From NCBI GenBank assembly GCA_030647205.1, contig JAUSJO010000002.1, forward strand, positions 113,112 to 177,111: a stretch of DNA of 64,000 nt, written 5' to 3'. How positions within the stretch are numbered: the stretch's first letter is position 1; the number at the start of each line of letters is the position of its first letter. The translations under genes were made by a program, and so were the position numbers. The notes under the pieces are model-generated. The model saw only the letters and a list, made by a program, of their open reading frames with translations. It had not been told where the DNA came from and did not search any database. This document shows positions 37,716 to 48,099 of this stretch, piece after piece. This DNA is from a bacterium (GTDB taxonomy: Bacteria > Patescibacteriota > CPR2 > UBA1875 > JAJYID01).

Positions 37716-38697
37716 TTTCAGATATCCATTTAAAAATTTCTTTAGAGCTAATGTTTTTATTAATAAGCCACTTATACATAACAATTGGTTTAACTACTTT
37801 GTTTTGTAAATACCGTAGAAAGCCTTCTGTTTTAGTATAAATACTCTTGGAAGATAGAGATGTTGTAAACAAGAGCAATGAGCTGGGGCTAGGGGATAAG
37901 CCATAGGACTTTAAAAGGTATTGTCTGCCTTTTTTTAGATTGCCATCTAGACAAAGGTAATTACCAATTCTGAAAAAATATTTTGATTTTTCTTTTTTGT
38001 TTAGGGTCGTTTGGTTGGCATTAGGAAGCAACGATTTATATCTCTGAGAGATTATTTTAGGGTCTCTAGCATTGGTAATTGAATTTTGGTTTTCATGTCT
38101 AAAGTAGATAGTCAGTGGGTCTTCGATTAAGGGTACTTTGTCCAAGTTATTTTTAGTCAGGTACCGATAAAAAAAACCGAACTCATCAACACCATTTTGT
38201 TCTTGCATAAAATATCCTAGGTCATCAAAGACTTTTCTTTTTACTGCCCAATTAAGTGGTGCATGAGCCTCAATACTTAACATCTTTCTTCTTTTTGTAT
38301 CATATGTCCAGCCAAGGCTTGTTATAAATTCAATCTCCTGGTGCTCTTCCAGATAAGAGATCTTATTTGATATATTGTTTGGCAGATACATGTCATCTTG
38401 GTCAATGAACATAATATATTCGCCTACAGAAGCTTTTATAGCTTTAGTCCTTGGCAGGGCGGGTCCTCCGGAATTTGTGTTTGATTCAATCAATTTTATT
38501 CTTTTATCGTTAGAAGAGATGTCTTTAATGATTTTTACGGTTTTGTCATCTGAGCAATCATCAACAATGATCAGTTCCCAGTCCTTAAAGTTCTGTTTTA
38601 TAATGCTGCTGATTGCTCTAAATATAGTTGATTGCCCGTTAAATGTTGGCAGTATAACGGACACTAGTTTATGATTATGCGTGTTTTTCGTTTTCAT
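37693..38697 (-). CDS. Glycosyltransferase family 2
   Basis: VSVILPTFN, IVDDCS, FIDQDD. Confidence 0.92.
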   Translation of the reverse strand: MKTKNTHNHKLVSVILPTFNGQSTIFRAISSIIKQNFKDWELIIVDDCSDDKTVKIIKDISSNDKRIKLIESNTNSGGPALPRTKAIKASVGEYIMFIDQDDMYLPNNISNKISYLEEHQEIEFITSLGWTYDTKRRKMLSIEAHAPLNWAVKRKVFDDLGYFMQEQNGVDEFGFFYRYLTKNNLDKVPLIEDPLTIYFRHENQNSITNARDPKIISQRYKSLLPNANQTTLNKKEKSKYFFRIGNYLCLDGNLKKGRQYLLKSYGLSPSPSSLLLFTTSLSSKSIYTKTEGFLRYLQNKVVKPIVMYKWLINKNISSKEIFKWISENEDTRNN

Positions 38698-38703
38698 TTT
38701 TGT

Positions 38704-39528
38704 TTATCTAACTAAAAATCTGACAATAAAATTCCTGCCTTTTCGAAATAACATTCTATAATCTCCTTTTTTGACGTATGGCAGGGAATATTCGATAATG
38801 TTTTTGGGGAAATATTTTAAATATGATCTGAAGTGTTTTTTTTGAATTTTTTTCCATCTTTTCCTATTGTTATTATGGGTTACATTGTCTCTCGAACCTT
38901 TATGTTTTCTATAAAGGTGGAGGGGATTGTCTATATAAAATCCTCTTGATCCTGTTTCTGCCATTGATAGCCAAAGATCCCAATCCTCCGGCGTATCTTC
39001 CATGGAGATATCTATGCCTCCCGAGATATCATAAGCCTCTCTTTTCATAACAGATGCTCCGCCAATATAATTATATAGAAACAGTAAGCCAGGAGAAAAA
39101 GTCGTCGATTTTTGAATAATATTGCTATCACCGAACAATTTCATTGATGTATAGACAATATCTATATTCGGCTTTTTTTTGAAAGCATCGATACATGTGA
39201 TAAGGTACTTTTTATCAAGTATATCATCCGAGTCCATAAACATAAGGTATTCTCCTTTTGCTAGATTAGCACCTTTGATCTTAGAATAGCATACACCTTT
39301 GTTCTCTTGGTTTTTATATAGTTTTATTTGCTTATTTTTAGTATATTTTTTTAGCACTTCTTCTGTATTATCTGTTGAACCATCGTCAACAATAATTAAC
39401 TCAAAATTTTTATAAGCTTGGTTTAACACCGAAGCTATTGCTTCATCAATAAAAGGTCCATAGTTATAAGTTGGCATAACAATGCTCACATTATCCTTTT
39501 TGTATCTATTTTGTTCTTTTATAGTCAT
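38704..39528 (-). CDS. Glycosyltransferase family 2
   Basis: VSIVMPTYN, VDDGSTD, FMDSDD, EDWDLW. Confidence 0.92.
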   Translation of the reverse strand: MTIKEQNRYKKDNVSIVMPTYNYGPFIDEAIASVLNQAYKNFELIIVDDGSTDNTEEVLKKYTKNKQIKLYKNQENKGVCYSKIKGANLAKGEYLMFMDSDDILDKKYLITCIDAFKKKPNIDIVYTSMKLFGDSNIIQKSTTFSPGLLFLYNYIGGASVMKREAYDISGGIDISMEDTPEDWDLWLSMAETGSRGFYIDNPLHLYRKHKGSRDNVTHNNNRKRWKKIQKKHFRSYLKYFPKNIIEYSLPYVKKGDYRMLFRKGRNFIVRFLVR

Positions 39529-40799
39529 TAATTCTCTTGAATTTTTAAATAAAAATAATATTGAATTATAAACACCAACCCAACTGCTATGAGGGTAGAG
39601 ATGGCTGCTCCGTTTAAAGAATATTTAGGAATGAGAAGGAAGTTTAGTATTAGATTAACAGCTGCTCCCCAAAGAGTTGCCTTAAAAATATTTTTCTGTA
39701 AATGTGCAGCAATCAAAGTTTGGGATAAAGGATATATTAGTATTGTTAGGAAGGCCATAATCATGAGGATTTGAAACGGTAAAACTGACTGTAGATAATC
39801 TGGCCCAAATATTAGATGAATGATTTGGCTTGCGCATAGAATACCAATTGTTAAAGTAGCCAAAGCTAAAATAAAAGAGATTTTAAGATAAGATTTTCCT
39901 ATGTTTTTAAATCTTTTCATTGATTTGGAGTAGGTGGCGTTAATTTCTGGCGCAAAACTCCTATTTATCAAAAATGCCGGTAAGAGTGCAACTCCTATGA
40001 CTCTATAAGCGGCGTTATACCAACCAACTTGTGTTATTTGTCCATAGTAGCCCATCATGACAGAGTCCATGTCATTGTAGATCATTGAAAAAATACTGGT
40101 GAGGATAAGGGGCCAAGACATTAGAATATACTTTTGCCAAATATCGATTGATATTTTTGCTTTATTTTTTTTATTTCTCTTTAAAATATAAAGTATTGTT
40201 ATATATATGGCTGCCGCTGATCCTGATAAGGCATAACTTATACTTAGACTTGTAGATGATTTGAACTGACTCAGTAAAAAAAAGCCAAGAGATACGACCA
40301 GAAAAGCTTGGATAACTTTAGCTAAAGACTCGTAGTTCATTTTCTGTTTTGCTTGAAAAAATGCAAAGAAAAAATCACTAATGCTATTTGTAATCATAAA
40401 CACTGATAGAATTAGGATCGATCTTTCTACCAAAGTATCAGTTATAGTTAGTTTACTGATTATAAAAACGGCTGTTAGCACAACAAATGACAGTGCGAAT
40501 TTTAACCATAATACACTCTCAAATTCGTTCTCACCTTTCTTGTTCTGCGAAATTTCCCTTGAGGTTATTTGTGAAAGTCCCAAATCTGCGAAGACAGTAA
40601 AGATCATTACGAAAGATAAAGCAAAGGAAAATTGACCAAAGCCAGTTGGTCCTAGTATTCTGGTTGCATAGACTATTAGAGCGAACTTGGAAAGTCTAGT
40701 GATTAGCTCGGCTATTGACAACCATATAGTGTTTTTGGTGATAGTTCTTTTCTCCTGGGTTCCGAAAAGCATTCTTTTAACTGTTTCTACTACTGTCAT
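39528..40799 (-). CDS. wzx: Wzx-type flippase
   Basis: KNTIWL, RILGP..FG, D.GL, VGWYNAAY, LIPKY...GAA. Confidence 0.88.
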   Translation of the reverse strand: MTVVETVKRMLFGTQEKRTITKNTIWLSIAELITRLSKFALIVYATRILGPTGFGQFSFALSFVMIFTVFADLGLSQITSREISQNKKGENEFESVLWLKFALSFVVLTAVFIISKLTITDTLVERSILILSVFMITNSISDFFFAFFQAKQKMNYESLAKVIQAFLVVSLGFFLLSQFKSSTSLSISYALSGSAAAIYITILYILKRNKKNKAKISIDIWQKYILMSWPLILTSIFSMIYNDMDSVMMGYYGQITQVGWYNAAYRVIGVALLPAFLINRSFAPEINATYSKSMKRFKNIGKSYLKISFILALATLTIGILCASQIIHLIFGPDYLQSVLPFQILMIMAFLTILIYPLSQTLIAAHLQKNIFKATLWGAAVNLILNFLLIPKYSLNGAAISTLIAVGLVFIIQYYFYLKIQEN

Positions 40800-40800
40800 G

Positions 40801-42153
40801 CTATCTACCTGCTGCTTTAAATATCTGGTGCACAGTCTTTAATATGATCTTTAGATCCATAAAGAAATTTCTATTTTTGATGTAGTAAAGTTCATACTCT
40901 AACTTTTCTCTCGCATCATCGGTGGTTGTTTCATAGAAAGAACGGATTTGTGTCATGCCCGTTATACCTGGTTTGACAAGATGCCTAATTGAATAAAAAG
41001 GTATTTCTTTTGATAGTTTTTCTTCAAACTCAGGTCTCTCAGGCCTTGGACCGACCAAAGACATGTTACCTACGAGAACATTTAAGAGTTGAGGGATCTC
41101 GTCAAGGTGTGTACGGCGAAGGAAGCCGCCAACTCCTGTGACACGCGGATCATTCGGTTCAGCCCATTGGGGCCCGTTCTTCTCGGCATTTTTAACCATA
41201 GTCCGAAACTTTATAATTTTAAAGTTTTTGCCCGATATCCCCACCCTTGTTTGCTTGAATAAGATAGGTCCAGGGCTCGTTATTTTAACAGCGATAATTA
41301 TAAAAGGGACAATTGGCAGGAAAACAGTTCCAAGGAGGAGGCTTACAAAAAAATCAAATCCTCTCTTAACTATCTCTTGGATTTTCTTTTCACCTTTTGC
41401 AAGATTTTCTAAAAACCAAAACTCATCAAGTGCGTCTAGGCTAACTTTTGAGTTAATATCTTCATAAAATCTGTTTAAAGACAAAAACTCTATGTTGAGC
41501 GGGATGCTGTTATATAGACTACTGACACTTTCTTTGGTCAGATGTGGGTTCAGGCTTGAAATAACAACCTTAACTTTGTTTTTGGACAAGAAGTCAAAAA
41601 GTTGTCCATGGTCAGGTATTACTTTTACTCTGTCTTTTCCAAGATTGACTTTTTCAGTAGGGGCGAAAGCGACTATCTTGTATCCTGTGTGAGGATTATT
41701 ACGAAGAAACTCCGATACTTTTTGGTAGTATTTCTCATTGCCTAGAAAAAGAGCTTTTTTCGAAGGAAGAGTTAGCTTCAAGGCTTTCGCCATGAAAAGT
41801 CTGGAGGGCAGGAAAAGAAATGTAAAAAGAAATGTAAAAAGAAAGAGGTTGGTTTTAGGGGCGATAGGTGTTTGGAAGAAATAAAAGAGAGTTATGGCGA
41901 GAGTAAAGTTTATCGCCATAACTTTCAAAGTTTTAGAGAAAAGATCGGTTTTATTCCTCCAGTAGTCGAGCTCGTATAGGTCAGAGGCGTAAAAGCTGAA
42001 AATAAGGATTAAAAATAAAATAGAAAAAAGTTTGTAGTGCAAGTTCCAGTTATAGAGAAAATCTGACGGATATCTTATCACTATAAATAGAGCCAAGCTT
42101 CCATAGAAAACAAACAAATCACTCAAAAGTATGGCGAACTTCTTTAAGCCCAT
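40801..42153 (-). CDS. Priming undecaprenyl-phosphate sugar transferase (WbaP/WcaJ family)
   Basis: KRGFD, KFRTM, DPRVT, LDEIPQL.NV..G.MSLVGPRPE. Confidence 0.93.
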   Translation of the reverse strand: MGLKKFAILLSDLFVFYGSLALFIVIRYPSDFLYNWNLHYKLFSILFLILIFSFYASDLYELDYWRNKTDLFSKTLKVMAINFTLAITLFYFFQTPIAPKTNLFLFTFLFTFLFLPSRLFMAKALKLTLPSKKALFLGNEKYYQKVSEFLRNNPHTGYKIVAFAPTEKVNLGKDRVKVIPDHGQLFDFLSKNKVKVVISSLNPHLTKESVSSLYNSIPLNIEFLSLNRFYEDINSKVSLDALDEFWFLENLAKGEKKIQEIVKRGFDFFVSLLLGTVFLPIVPFIIIAVKITSPGPILFKQTRVGISGKNFKIIKFRTMVKNAEKNGPQWAEPNDPRVTGVGGFLRRTHLDEIPQLLNVLVGNMSLVGPRPERPEFEEKLSKEIPFYSIRHLVKPGITGMTQIRSFYETTTDDAREKLEYELYYIKNRNFFMDLKIILKTVHQIFKAAGR

Positions 42154-42251
42154 TTTAAATCCTTTTTAGTAAGTACCTGATATTATAGCTAAAAAACTTA
42201 TACTTGTCAGGTGTGTTCTGTCCGTTACTCACATTATATGTAGGGGTTGTA

Positions 42252-44672
42252 TCACTTTCTTAGGGAGTCTATTGCCTTTAAAACGCCGTCTATATCTTGT
42301 TTAGACTCGGGGTCGATGATAGCTATCTTTTTTGCCACTTCGCTTGCTTTGTCTAGTTCCCTTAAATTCATCTCGAACAAAACTATTTGAAAGAGCAGAT
42401 CAGTATCAGAACTTTCTGCTATATATCGATCAATCTCTCTTTCGTAATTTCTCAAAACAATCTCTCGGTAGATAGCAACTCTCTCAAGGGAAATGGCTTT
42501 ACGTGACTCATCCAAGAGACATTGAGTTAGTATGTTCCGTTTGCCATCCACATTTTTTTGATTTAATGATTTTCCCAAATAAATTTTGAAGTTTTTCTCC
42601 GATTTCTCCCTATCTCCTTGTTTTAAGGCTATCTCAAAAAGATGTTTGCTTGTCTCGGGATTCTCGGGGGGGTCGAAGTTTTTAACCTTGTCTAAAACCT
42701 GATAAGCCTTATCGTACTCATTATTATTTGCATAAAAGGTGGCCAGATCATAGTATCCGGAGAGCAGTTTCGGACTTTTTTGCAAAAGTTTTTCATAGTT
42801 TTGAATGGCAATGTTATGATATTCAGCCTTTTTGTCGGAAGCCATTATGTATATTTGTCCCCAGGCGATGAGGGGATATGTTCTAAGGCTCCCGATCTTT
42901 ACTAGCTGTTTTTCTTCTAAGTCAAAGAAAGCCCAAAAAAGTTTGTCGTTTTTTTGTCTTGATAGCAAATCAAATGTATCTAAAACTGCCTTATCCACTT
43001 CTTGTCCGTTCAAGACAGATAAGCTTAAAGATTTTTTATAAAGGTCTACCGCTTCTTCAAAATGCTGTTGATTAACAGCATTGATTGCTCTGTTGAAATA
43101 ATACGAGGCAAGAGCCGGCTTGAAGTTGAATGACCACATAGATACAGTGATCACGTAAAATGCTGTAATGATAGCTATTATTTTCAAGGGTCCGGAGAGA
43201 AATCTGTATCGCTTGAAGTCTATCTTTTTATCGGAAAAGGCGTTTGCCACAAAAGAGGATCTCTCTTTTTTATCATAAAAGTTTACTTCCTTTGTTATAA
43301 AGACCAAAATCAGAAAAAAGAAGATGTAGGAAACTATAGTATCAAAAACGAAAAGATTCTGAATGAAATAAGCAAAAAGCAGACCGACCAAAGAGGCCAT
43401 AGCAAGCGGTGGCGAACGCAGAGCCTGTTTTTTGCCGGAGGTTTCTTTTTTTATAATCTTTAAAAGAGCGAAGGTGACCGCTGCAAAAATACCTAAGTAA
43501 GCTATGAGTCCAACTATGCCTTGGGTGACTGCAGTATCAACTACTATATTGTGAGCTTTATCGAAGTGAGCTCCGCTAAGACCTTCTCCCTCATATAGTT
43601 TTGGATCGTAGTATCTGATGTACGCCATTTTAAAGTTGTCTACCCCCCACCCTAAAATAGGTTTTTCCTTAAAAGCGTCATAAGAAAGTCTCCAAAGAGT
43701 GAAACGCCTGTTTCCTTCAGAAAGGGTAATTTTGGAGACAAACTTAAGGGGAGTGCTTTTGACCAGGCTTGAGTCTTTGTTTTGATAGGCGAAAAGAGTG
43801 AGCATTGATACGATTGCTATAAAAGAAACTGTCACAATAAACAAGCGGCTTCGGAAAAACTTTTGCTTCGTGGAAAATTTTTTATAGACAAAAATAGTAA
43901 AGAAGACAAACATTCCTCCCAAAAGGCCTATCATACCTCCCCTTGTTCCTGTCAGCAGAAGGGTTGTTATAAGAATCCCGAAACACAAAAAATAAATGAT
44001 TTTCTCCAGATTCCGGTTTGTTTTTAATGCTAAAAATAATGAGATGAATATATTGGATATCAAGTAAGAAGCAAAAAAGCTGGGATGCTGCATAGTTCCT
44101 TGGATTCTGCTCATTGTCGCTAAAATACGAAAATTATTCTCAACGATTGCGCTGAAGGAAACCGCCAGCGCAATGATTACAGAGAACTTAAATAGATTTA
44201 TAAAAAATTTATTGTCAAAGACAGTAAAAATAATCGCAAAAAAGATAAAAAGATGAGACAGAGTCAAAAATCCCAGCATTCTCTGGACATCTGAAAAAAA
44301 GCTAAAACTAGGATCGGCGCTAAACATTGTAGAAACGATAACGGAAAACATAAATGTGGCAATAAAGGAAACGATGGCTAGGCTTATCCCACGCAGTTTT
44401 TTCCATGGCTCTCTCCATCTTGGCTTAAAAAGCAGTAGCCACAACCACGGTAGTGCCATGATCTCAATAATGATCCTGAAAGCAAAAACTTTATCCTGAG
44501 AGCCCGTTATTAAAAGACCGGAGGCAACAAGAGGCAACGCAAGGATAGATAATGTACCAATTTTCAGCAGTAAAACACAAAAATATTCTGCACCGAACAT
44601 AGTGCTGTCATTGGTTTTTTTGTTAGGAAAAATCATTAAAATACTTTTCTTAAGGGATTGATTGATAGCCAT
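42252..44672 (-). CDS. O-antigen ligase / O-oligosaccharyltransferase (Wzy_C) with C-terminal TPR region
   Basis: TGTRGG, R..LW, PILGWG..NF, DKAHN, Y.IQNLF. Start uncertain (44672, 44636 or 44600). Confidence 0.85.
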   Translation of the reverse strand: MAINQSLKKSILMIFPNKKTNDSTMFGAEYFCVLLLKIGTLSILALPLVASGLLITGSQDKVFAFRIIIEIMALPWLWLLLFKPRWREPWKKLRGISLAIVSFIATFMFSVIVSTMFSADPSFSFFSDVQRMLGFLTLSHLFIFFAIIFTVFDNKFFINLFKFSVIIALAVSFSAIVENNFRILATMSRIQGTMQHPSFFASYLISNIFISLFLALKTNRNLEKIIYFLCFGILITTLLLTGTRGGMIGLLGGMFVFFTIFVYKKFSTKQKFFRSRLFIVTVSFIAIVSMLTLFAYQNKDSSLVKSTPLKFVSKITLSEGNRRFTLWRLSYDAFKEKPILGWGVDNFKMAYIRYYDPKLYEGEGLSGAHFDKAHNIVVDTAVTQGIVGLIAYLGIFAAVTFALLKIIKKETSGKKQALRSPPLAMASLVGLLFAYFIQNLFVFDTIVSYIFFFLILVFITKEVNFYDKKERSSFVANAFSDKKIDFKRYRFLSGPLKIIAIITAFYVITVSMWSFNFKPALASYYFNRAINAVNQQHFEEAVDLYKKSLSLSVLNGQEVDKAVLDTFDLLSRQKNDKLFWAFFDLEEKQLVKIGSLRTYPLIAWGQIYIMASDKKAEYHNIAIQNYEKLLQKSPKLLSGYYDLATFYANNNEYDKAYQVLDKVKNFDPPENPETSKHLFEIALKQGDREKSEKNFKIYLGKSLNQKNVDGKRNILTQCLLDESRKAISLERVAIYREIVLRNYEREIDRYIAESSDTDLLFQIVLFEMNLRELDKASEVAKKIAIIDPESKQDIDGVLKAIDSLRK

Positions 44673-44760
44673 AATCAGATATTTATCCACACTAAACTTA
44701 CTGTTTTTACTTGCAAAGTATAACATAACTGGTTTATTATTGCATAAAGAGGGTCTTAAA

Positions 44761-45369
44761 ATGAAAAAAAGTGCATCGCAAAAAGGTTTTACGCTTATTG
44801 AACTAGTTGTTGTTATGACTGTGCTGGCGTTTTTAGCAACACTAGTAGTTGGGGCAATCATTATAGGTCAGAGACAGTCAAAAAATACAAAGTATTTAAA
44901 TGATGCCAAAGATATAAAGGCTGCGCTTGAAGCCTATCGTATAAACGAACAGAGTCGTGGATTTTCGGGGAAGTATCCATATTGTGAGACTTGTGGTGGC
45001 GGCGCGGGGGCTAACTATAGTAGGATTAACGCATATGATCTTTTAAACCCTACCTTAACAACAAAGACAGCAGGACAAGCCGCGGGGGATTTGACGCCTT
45101 ACGTGGGTTCGGACGTCACGGGTCCGGCTGATAGGATATGTTATAGTTCATATGGCACGAGTCCATATGGAGGGGATTACTGGTTTTGGATTATAACCGA
45201 AGAAGAGGCGAAGGATCATGTGTGCCGTTGTCCATCGCCTAATCCGGGTTCCTTAAAGTGTGGTTATTATACTGCTGCCGAAGGCAGTAAGATACACTGT
45301 CCTAAAGCAGTTGCTGACGATCCACAAAAGAGTATAGATAACGGTTGTTTCAAAGAAAAAAGCTTTTAA
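44761..45369 (+). CDS. Type IV pilin, Cys-rich
   Basis: MKKSASQKG|FTLIELVVV; start moved to ATG 44761. Confidence 0.88.
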   Translation: MKKSASQKGFTLIELVVVMTVLAFLATLVVGAIIIGQRQSKNTKYLNDAKDIKAALEAYRINEQSRGFSGKYPYCETCGGGAGANYSRINAYDLLNPTLTTKTAGQAAGDLTPYVGSDVTGPADRICYSSYGTSPYGGDYWFWIITEEEAKDHVCRCPSPNPGSLKCGYYTAAEGSKIHCPKAVADDPQKSIDNGCFKEKSF

Positions 45370-45405
45370 ATATTGTTTAATTACGTTTTAGTATAAAGTG
45401 AACTT

Positions 45406-46206
45406 ATGTTATATGTAATTTTATTCTCACTGTTTTTTCTTGGCCTTATCGTTGGTAGTTTTTTAAATGTGGTTGTTTATCGGCTAGAAGATAAAAAAAG
45501 GAAGAATATAAGAGGCCGTTCTTTTTGCCCTCACTGCAGGGAGAAAATTAAAGCCTATGATTTGGTCCCTGTTTTATCCTGGATTATATTAAAAGGAAAA
45601 TGCCGAAGCTGCAAAAAGGAGATTTCTGTCCAATATCCTTTGGTAGAGCTTGCTACCGGCTTGGTTTTTGCTGTCCTTGGCTATATTTTTCTCCAGGGAT
45701 TGACTTTTTCAATAGCGAGTTTAGTAAATTTGGTTTTTTGGTTCTTTTTTACTGGATGCGTCATAACGGTCTTTGTTTATGACTTAAAGCACCAAATCAT
45801 ACCTGATGAGATCATTTACACTGCCTTGGTCGTAGCGTTAGTATTTGTTGGCTTAAATACCGGACTCACCGACAACTTCGAATATTTAACAGAACATCTT
45901 CTTGCCGGTTTTCTCGCCGGTGGGTTTTTCTACTCTTTGGCAGCTGTTTCAAAAGGTAAATGGATGGGCGGTGGAGATATTAAACTGGTGGCATTTATGG
46001 GGCTGGTGCTTGGCTGGAAGGGGGCGATCATCGCACTTTATACAGCGTTTATTCTAGGAGCACTTATAGGATCTTTCTTTTTACTGACTGGCAGGAAAAA
46101 GATGGGTTCAAAAATACCCTTTGGGCCGTTTCTGGTGATTGGAACATTTATAGGACTTCTTTTTGGTGAACAAATCGTTAACTTTTATGTTAGTATGTTT
46201 ATGTAA
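45406..46206 (+). CDS. pilD: Prepilin peptidase
   Basis: GSFLNV, two CxxC, YDL..QIIPD, MGGGDIKL, IPFGPFL. Confidence 0.95.
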   Translation: MLYVILFSLFFLGLIVGSFLNVVVYRLEDKKRKNIRGRSFCPHCREKIKAYDLVPVLSWIILKGKCRSCKKEISVQYPLVELATGLVFAVLGYIFLQGLTFSIASLVNLVFWFFFTGCVITVFVYDLKHQIIPDEIIYTALVVALVFVGLNTGLTDNFEYLTEHLLAGFLAGGFFYSLAAVSKGKWMGGGDIKLVAFMGLVLGWKGAIIALYTAFILGALIGSFFLLTGRKKMGSKIPFGPFLVIGTFIGLLFGEQIVNFYVSMFM

Positions 46207-46220
46207 CTTTTTAAAAGAGG

Positions 46221-46709
46221 GTGAAAATGGTTGATTTAAAAGGTAAAAAAGGCTTTACACTCATCGAAATAGTTGTAGTTATGACGATTATCGCTGTTCT
46301 TGCAGCGCTTGTTGTCGGGGCTATTATGATCTCCAAAAGAATGGCTACCGAAACTGCAAATAGACAGAACGCCCGGACAATTCGCACCTGTCTTGAGGCA
46401 TACTCCGCTAAATATAAAAAATTTTGCGGTGGTGGCATAGATCCCGGTGGGTTTCGTCTATTGTGCAATCAGACGTACAGCTTTAAAGGAGCGGTATATG
46501 CTTTGTCTGATCCTAATAATCAAATACAGTGCTCATTGGGTAGCGGAGCTACGAATATCACCGATAATTCAGGAGACCCATCATTTTGGACATGGCCAAA
46601 TGGCGGAGGGAGTATTATAGCAACCGAGCAGAGCTATATAATCAAAACCAGTAATGCCGCTGGGGATGCTCAGCCCGGAGGGGTGATAGATACCGCTACA
46701 TATCCTTAG
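46221..46709 (+). CDS. Type IV pilin
   Basis: G|FTLIEIVVV. Confidence 0.88.
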   Translation: MKMVDLKGKKGFTLIEIVVVMTIIAVLAALVVGAIMISKRMATETANRQNARTIRTCLEAYSAKYKKFCGGGIDPGGFRLLCNQTYSFKGAVYALSDPNNQIQCSLGSGATNITDNSGDPSFWTWPNGGGSIIATEQSYIIKTSNAAGDAQPGGVIDTATYP

Positions 46710-46809
46710 CCGTACAAGTTTAGTGGATAAAAACAAGATATTTATGCTACTATAGATATAAGTGAATTTATGATAGCCATGAGTTAGAAACTATAAAGGA
46801 AGTATTGTT

Positions 46810-47550
46810 ATGTGGAGGGTTCCAAAAAGTAAAAAAAAGCTTGTCTCAAAAAGCAACGGGGGATATACGCTGGTGGAGATGATAGTGATTATGGCGATAT
46901 TATCTGTAATTATGATTCTATCTTTTGGCGCATACGGTAGTTCAAGGAAAGGGCAGTATGTCCAGAATATAACCACTCTTACACAACTCGGTAGCAGAGA
47001 AGTGTTTTCGGATGTTATTTCTACAAAAAAAATAGATGGCAATGGAGGCAACTGCGCTAACAGGGCTCCTCAACTGAAGGCGTTACGCGTCAAGCTTGGA
47101 GAGTCTTTTAACCCTCTTGATAAAGTATCTCTTTGCATAGGTAGTGCGGGCATACTTACAACAAGCGCTCCAGAGGCCCTGGACGGATCGATGACATATA
47201 ATGAAAAAGTAGTGGCCAAGTTTAGCGGAACGGTTAACGGTACTACTATAAGCGATGCGCAGCAAGGTTCTGTATATTTGGTTTTTACAAGTCCATTTGG
47301 CCAATACCATGCTTTTTATGATGATGCGGGGACTGATCCTGACTTTCTCTTATATCTTGGTATCCCCGATACGGGGATGGGCCTAACACCACAATGGCAA
47401 AACGTAGACAATAGAAACTTTGTCTATCTCCCGGTTAATACTGACAAAGAGGTACAGACAGACATGACCATTAAAATAAGCCTGGCAAGTAACGGCGGTA
47501 TTACAAATGATATCATAGTAAGTAGTGTTGGTAATGCGAAAGTAAAATAA
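46810..47550 (+). CDS. Minor pilin (FimT/GspH-like)
   Basis: G|YTLVEMIV. Confidence 0.8.
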   Translation: MWRVPKSKKKLVSKSNGGYTLVEMIVIMAILSVIMILSFGAYGSSRKGQYVQNITTLTQLGSREVFSDVISTKKIDGNGGNCANRAPQLKALRVKLGESFNPLDKVSLCIGSAGILTTSAPEALDGSMTYNEKVVAKFSGTVNGTTISDAQQGSVYLVFTSPFGQYHAFYDDAGTDPDFLLYLGIPDTGMGLTPQWQNVDNRNFVYLPVNTDKEVQTDMTIKISLASNGGITNDIIVSSVGNAKVK

Positions 47551-47553
47551 AAT

Positions 47554-48099
47554 ATGAAATCATTTTTGCAAAACATAAAAAGTAAAGGAGGGCAAAGCTT
47601 GGTCGAAGTGGTAGTCGCCATGGGTATTATCGGCATTTCTATGGCTGCCATGATGAACTTAGTGGCTGCCTCTGGTAAGGTGATTTATCAGTCAGAGGAT
47701 AGCACGAAGGCCAGTGTTTTGGCTACTGAAGCTATAGAGATCGTTCGCAACAACAGTGTTAGTGGTTGCGGATTAAGCCCGGACCCTGCTAATGCGGCAG
47801 GAGGAGTCGTCTTTTTTGTGAAATCAGATACAGTAGACAACTCAAGTCCCTATAACAACGACCAGTCATTGGTACCTACCGGTTCAGGCAATGGCGATAA
47901 AATAGATAATTTTAGCGGTTTTTCAAGACAAATATTGGTATGGCAAATGAAACCCGGCTCATTCAATGGCTATGATTTCAATAAATTTTCCGCTGCTCCG
48001 TTGAGTCTGGATCTTACCAAATATTATTTTGTTGAAGTTACAATCCGAAAGAATGGTACAGAGGCCTTAAAAAGTAGTTCAATAATCTATAAAAGATGA
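47554..48099 (+). CDS. Minor pilin (PilV-like)
   Basis: G|QSLVEVVVA, A..LA.EAIE.VR. Confidence 0.8.
   Translation: MKSFLQNIKSKGGQSLVEVVVAMGIIGISMAAMMNLVAASGKVIYQSEDSTKASVLATEAIEIVRNNSVSGCGLSPDPANAAGGVVFFVKSDTVDNSSPYNNDQSLVPTGSGNGDKIDNFSGFSRQILVWQMKPGSFNGYDFNKFSAAPLSLDLTKYYFVEVTIRKNGTEALKSSSIIYKR

Noticed and set aside
44683-44691. DnaA box TTATCCACA as part of oriC
   Set aside because: It is isolated, with no box cluster and no dnaA/dnaN nearby.
44673-44861. N-terminal extensions of the ligase and pilin ORFs, and similarly of comEC and GT4
   Set aside because: They would overlap divergent genes or the repeat; downstream starts fit the family N-termini better.
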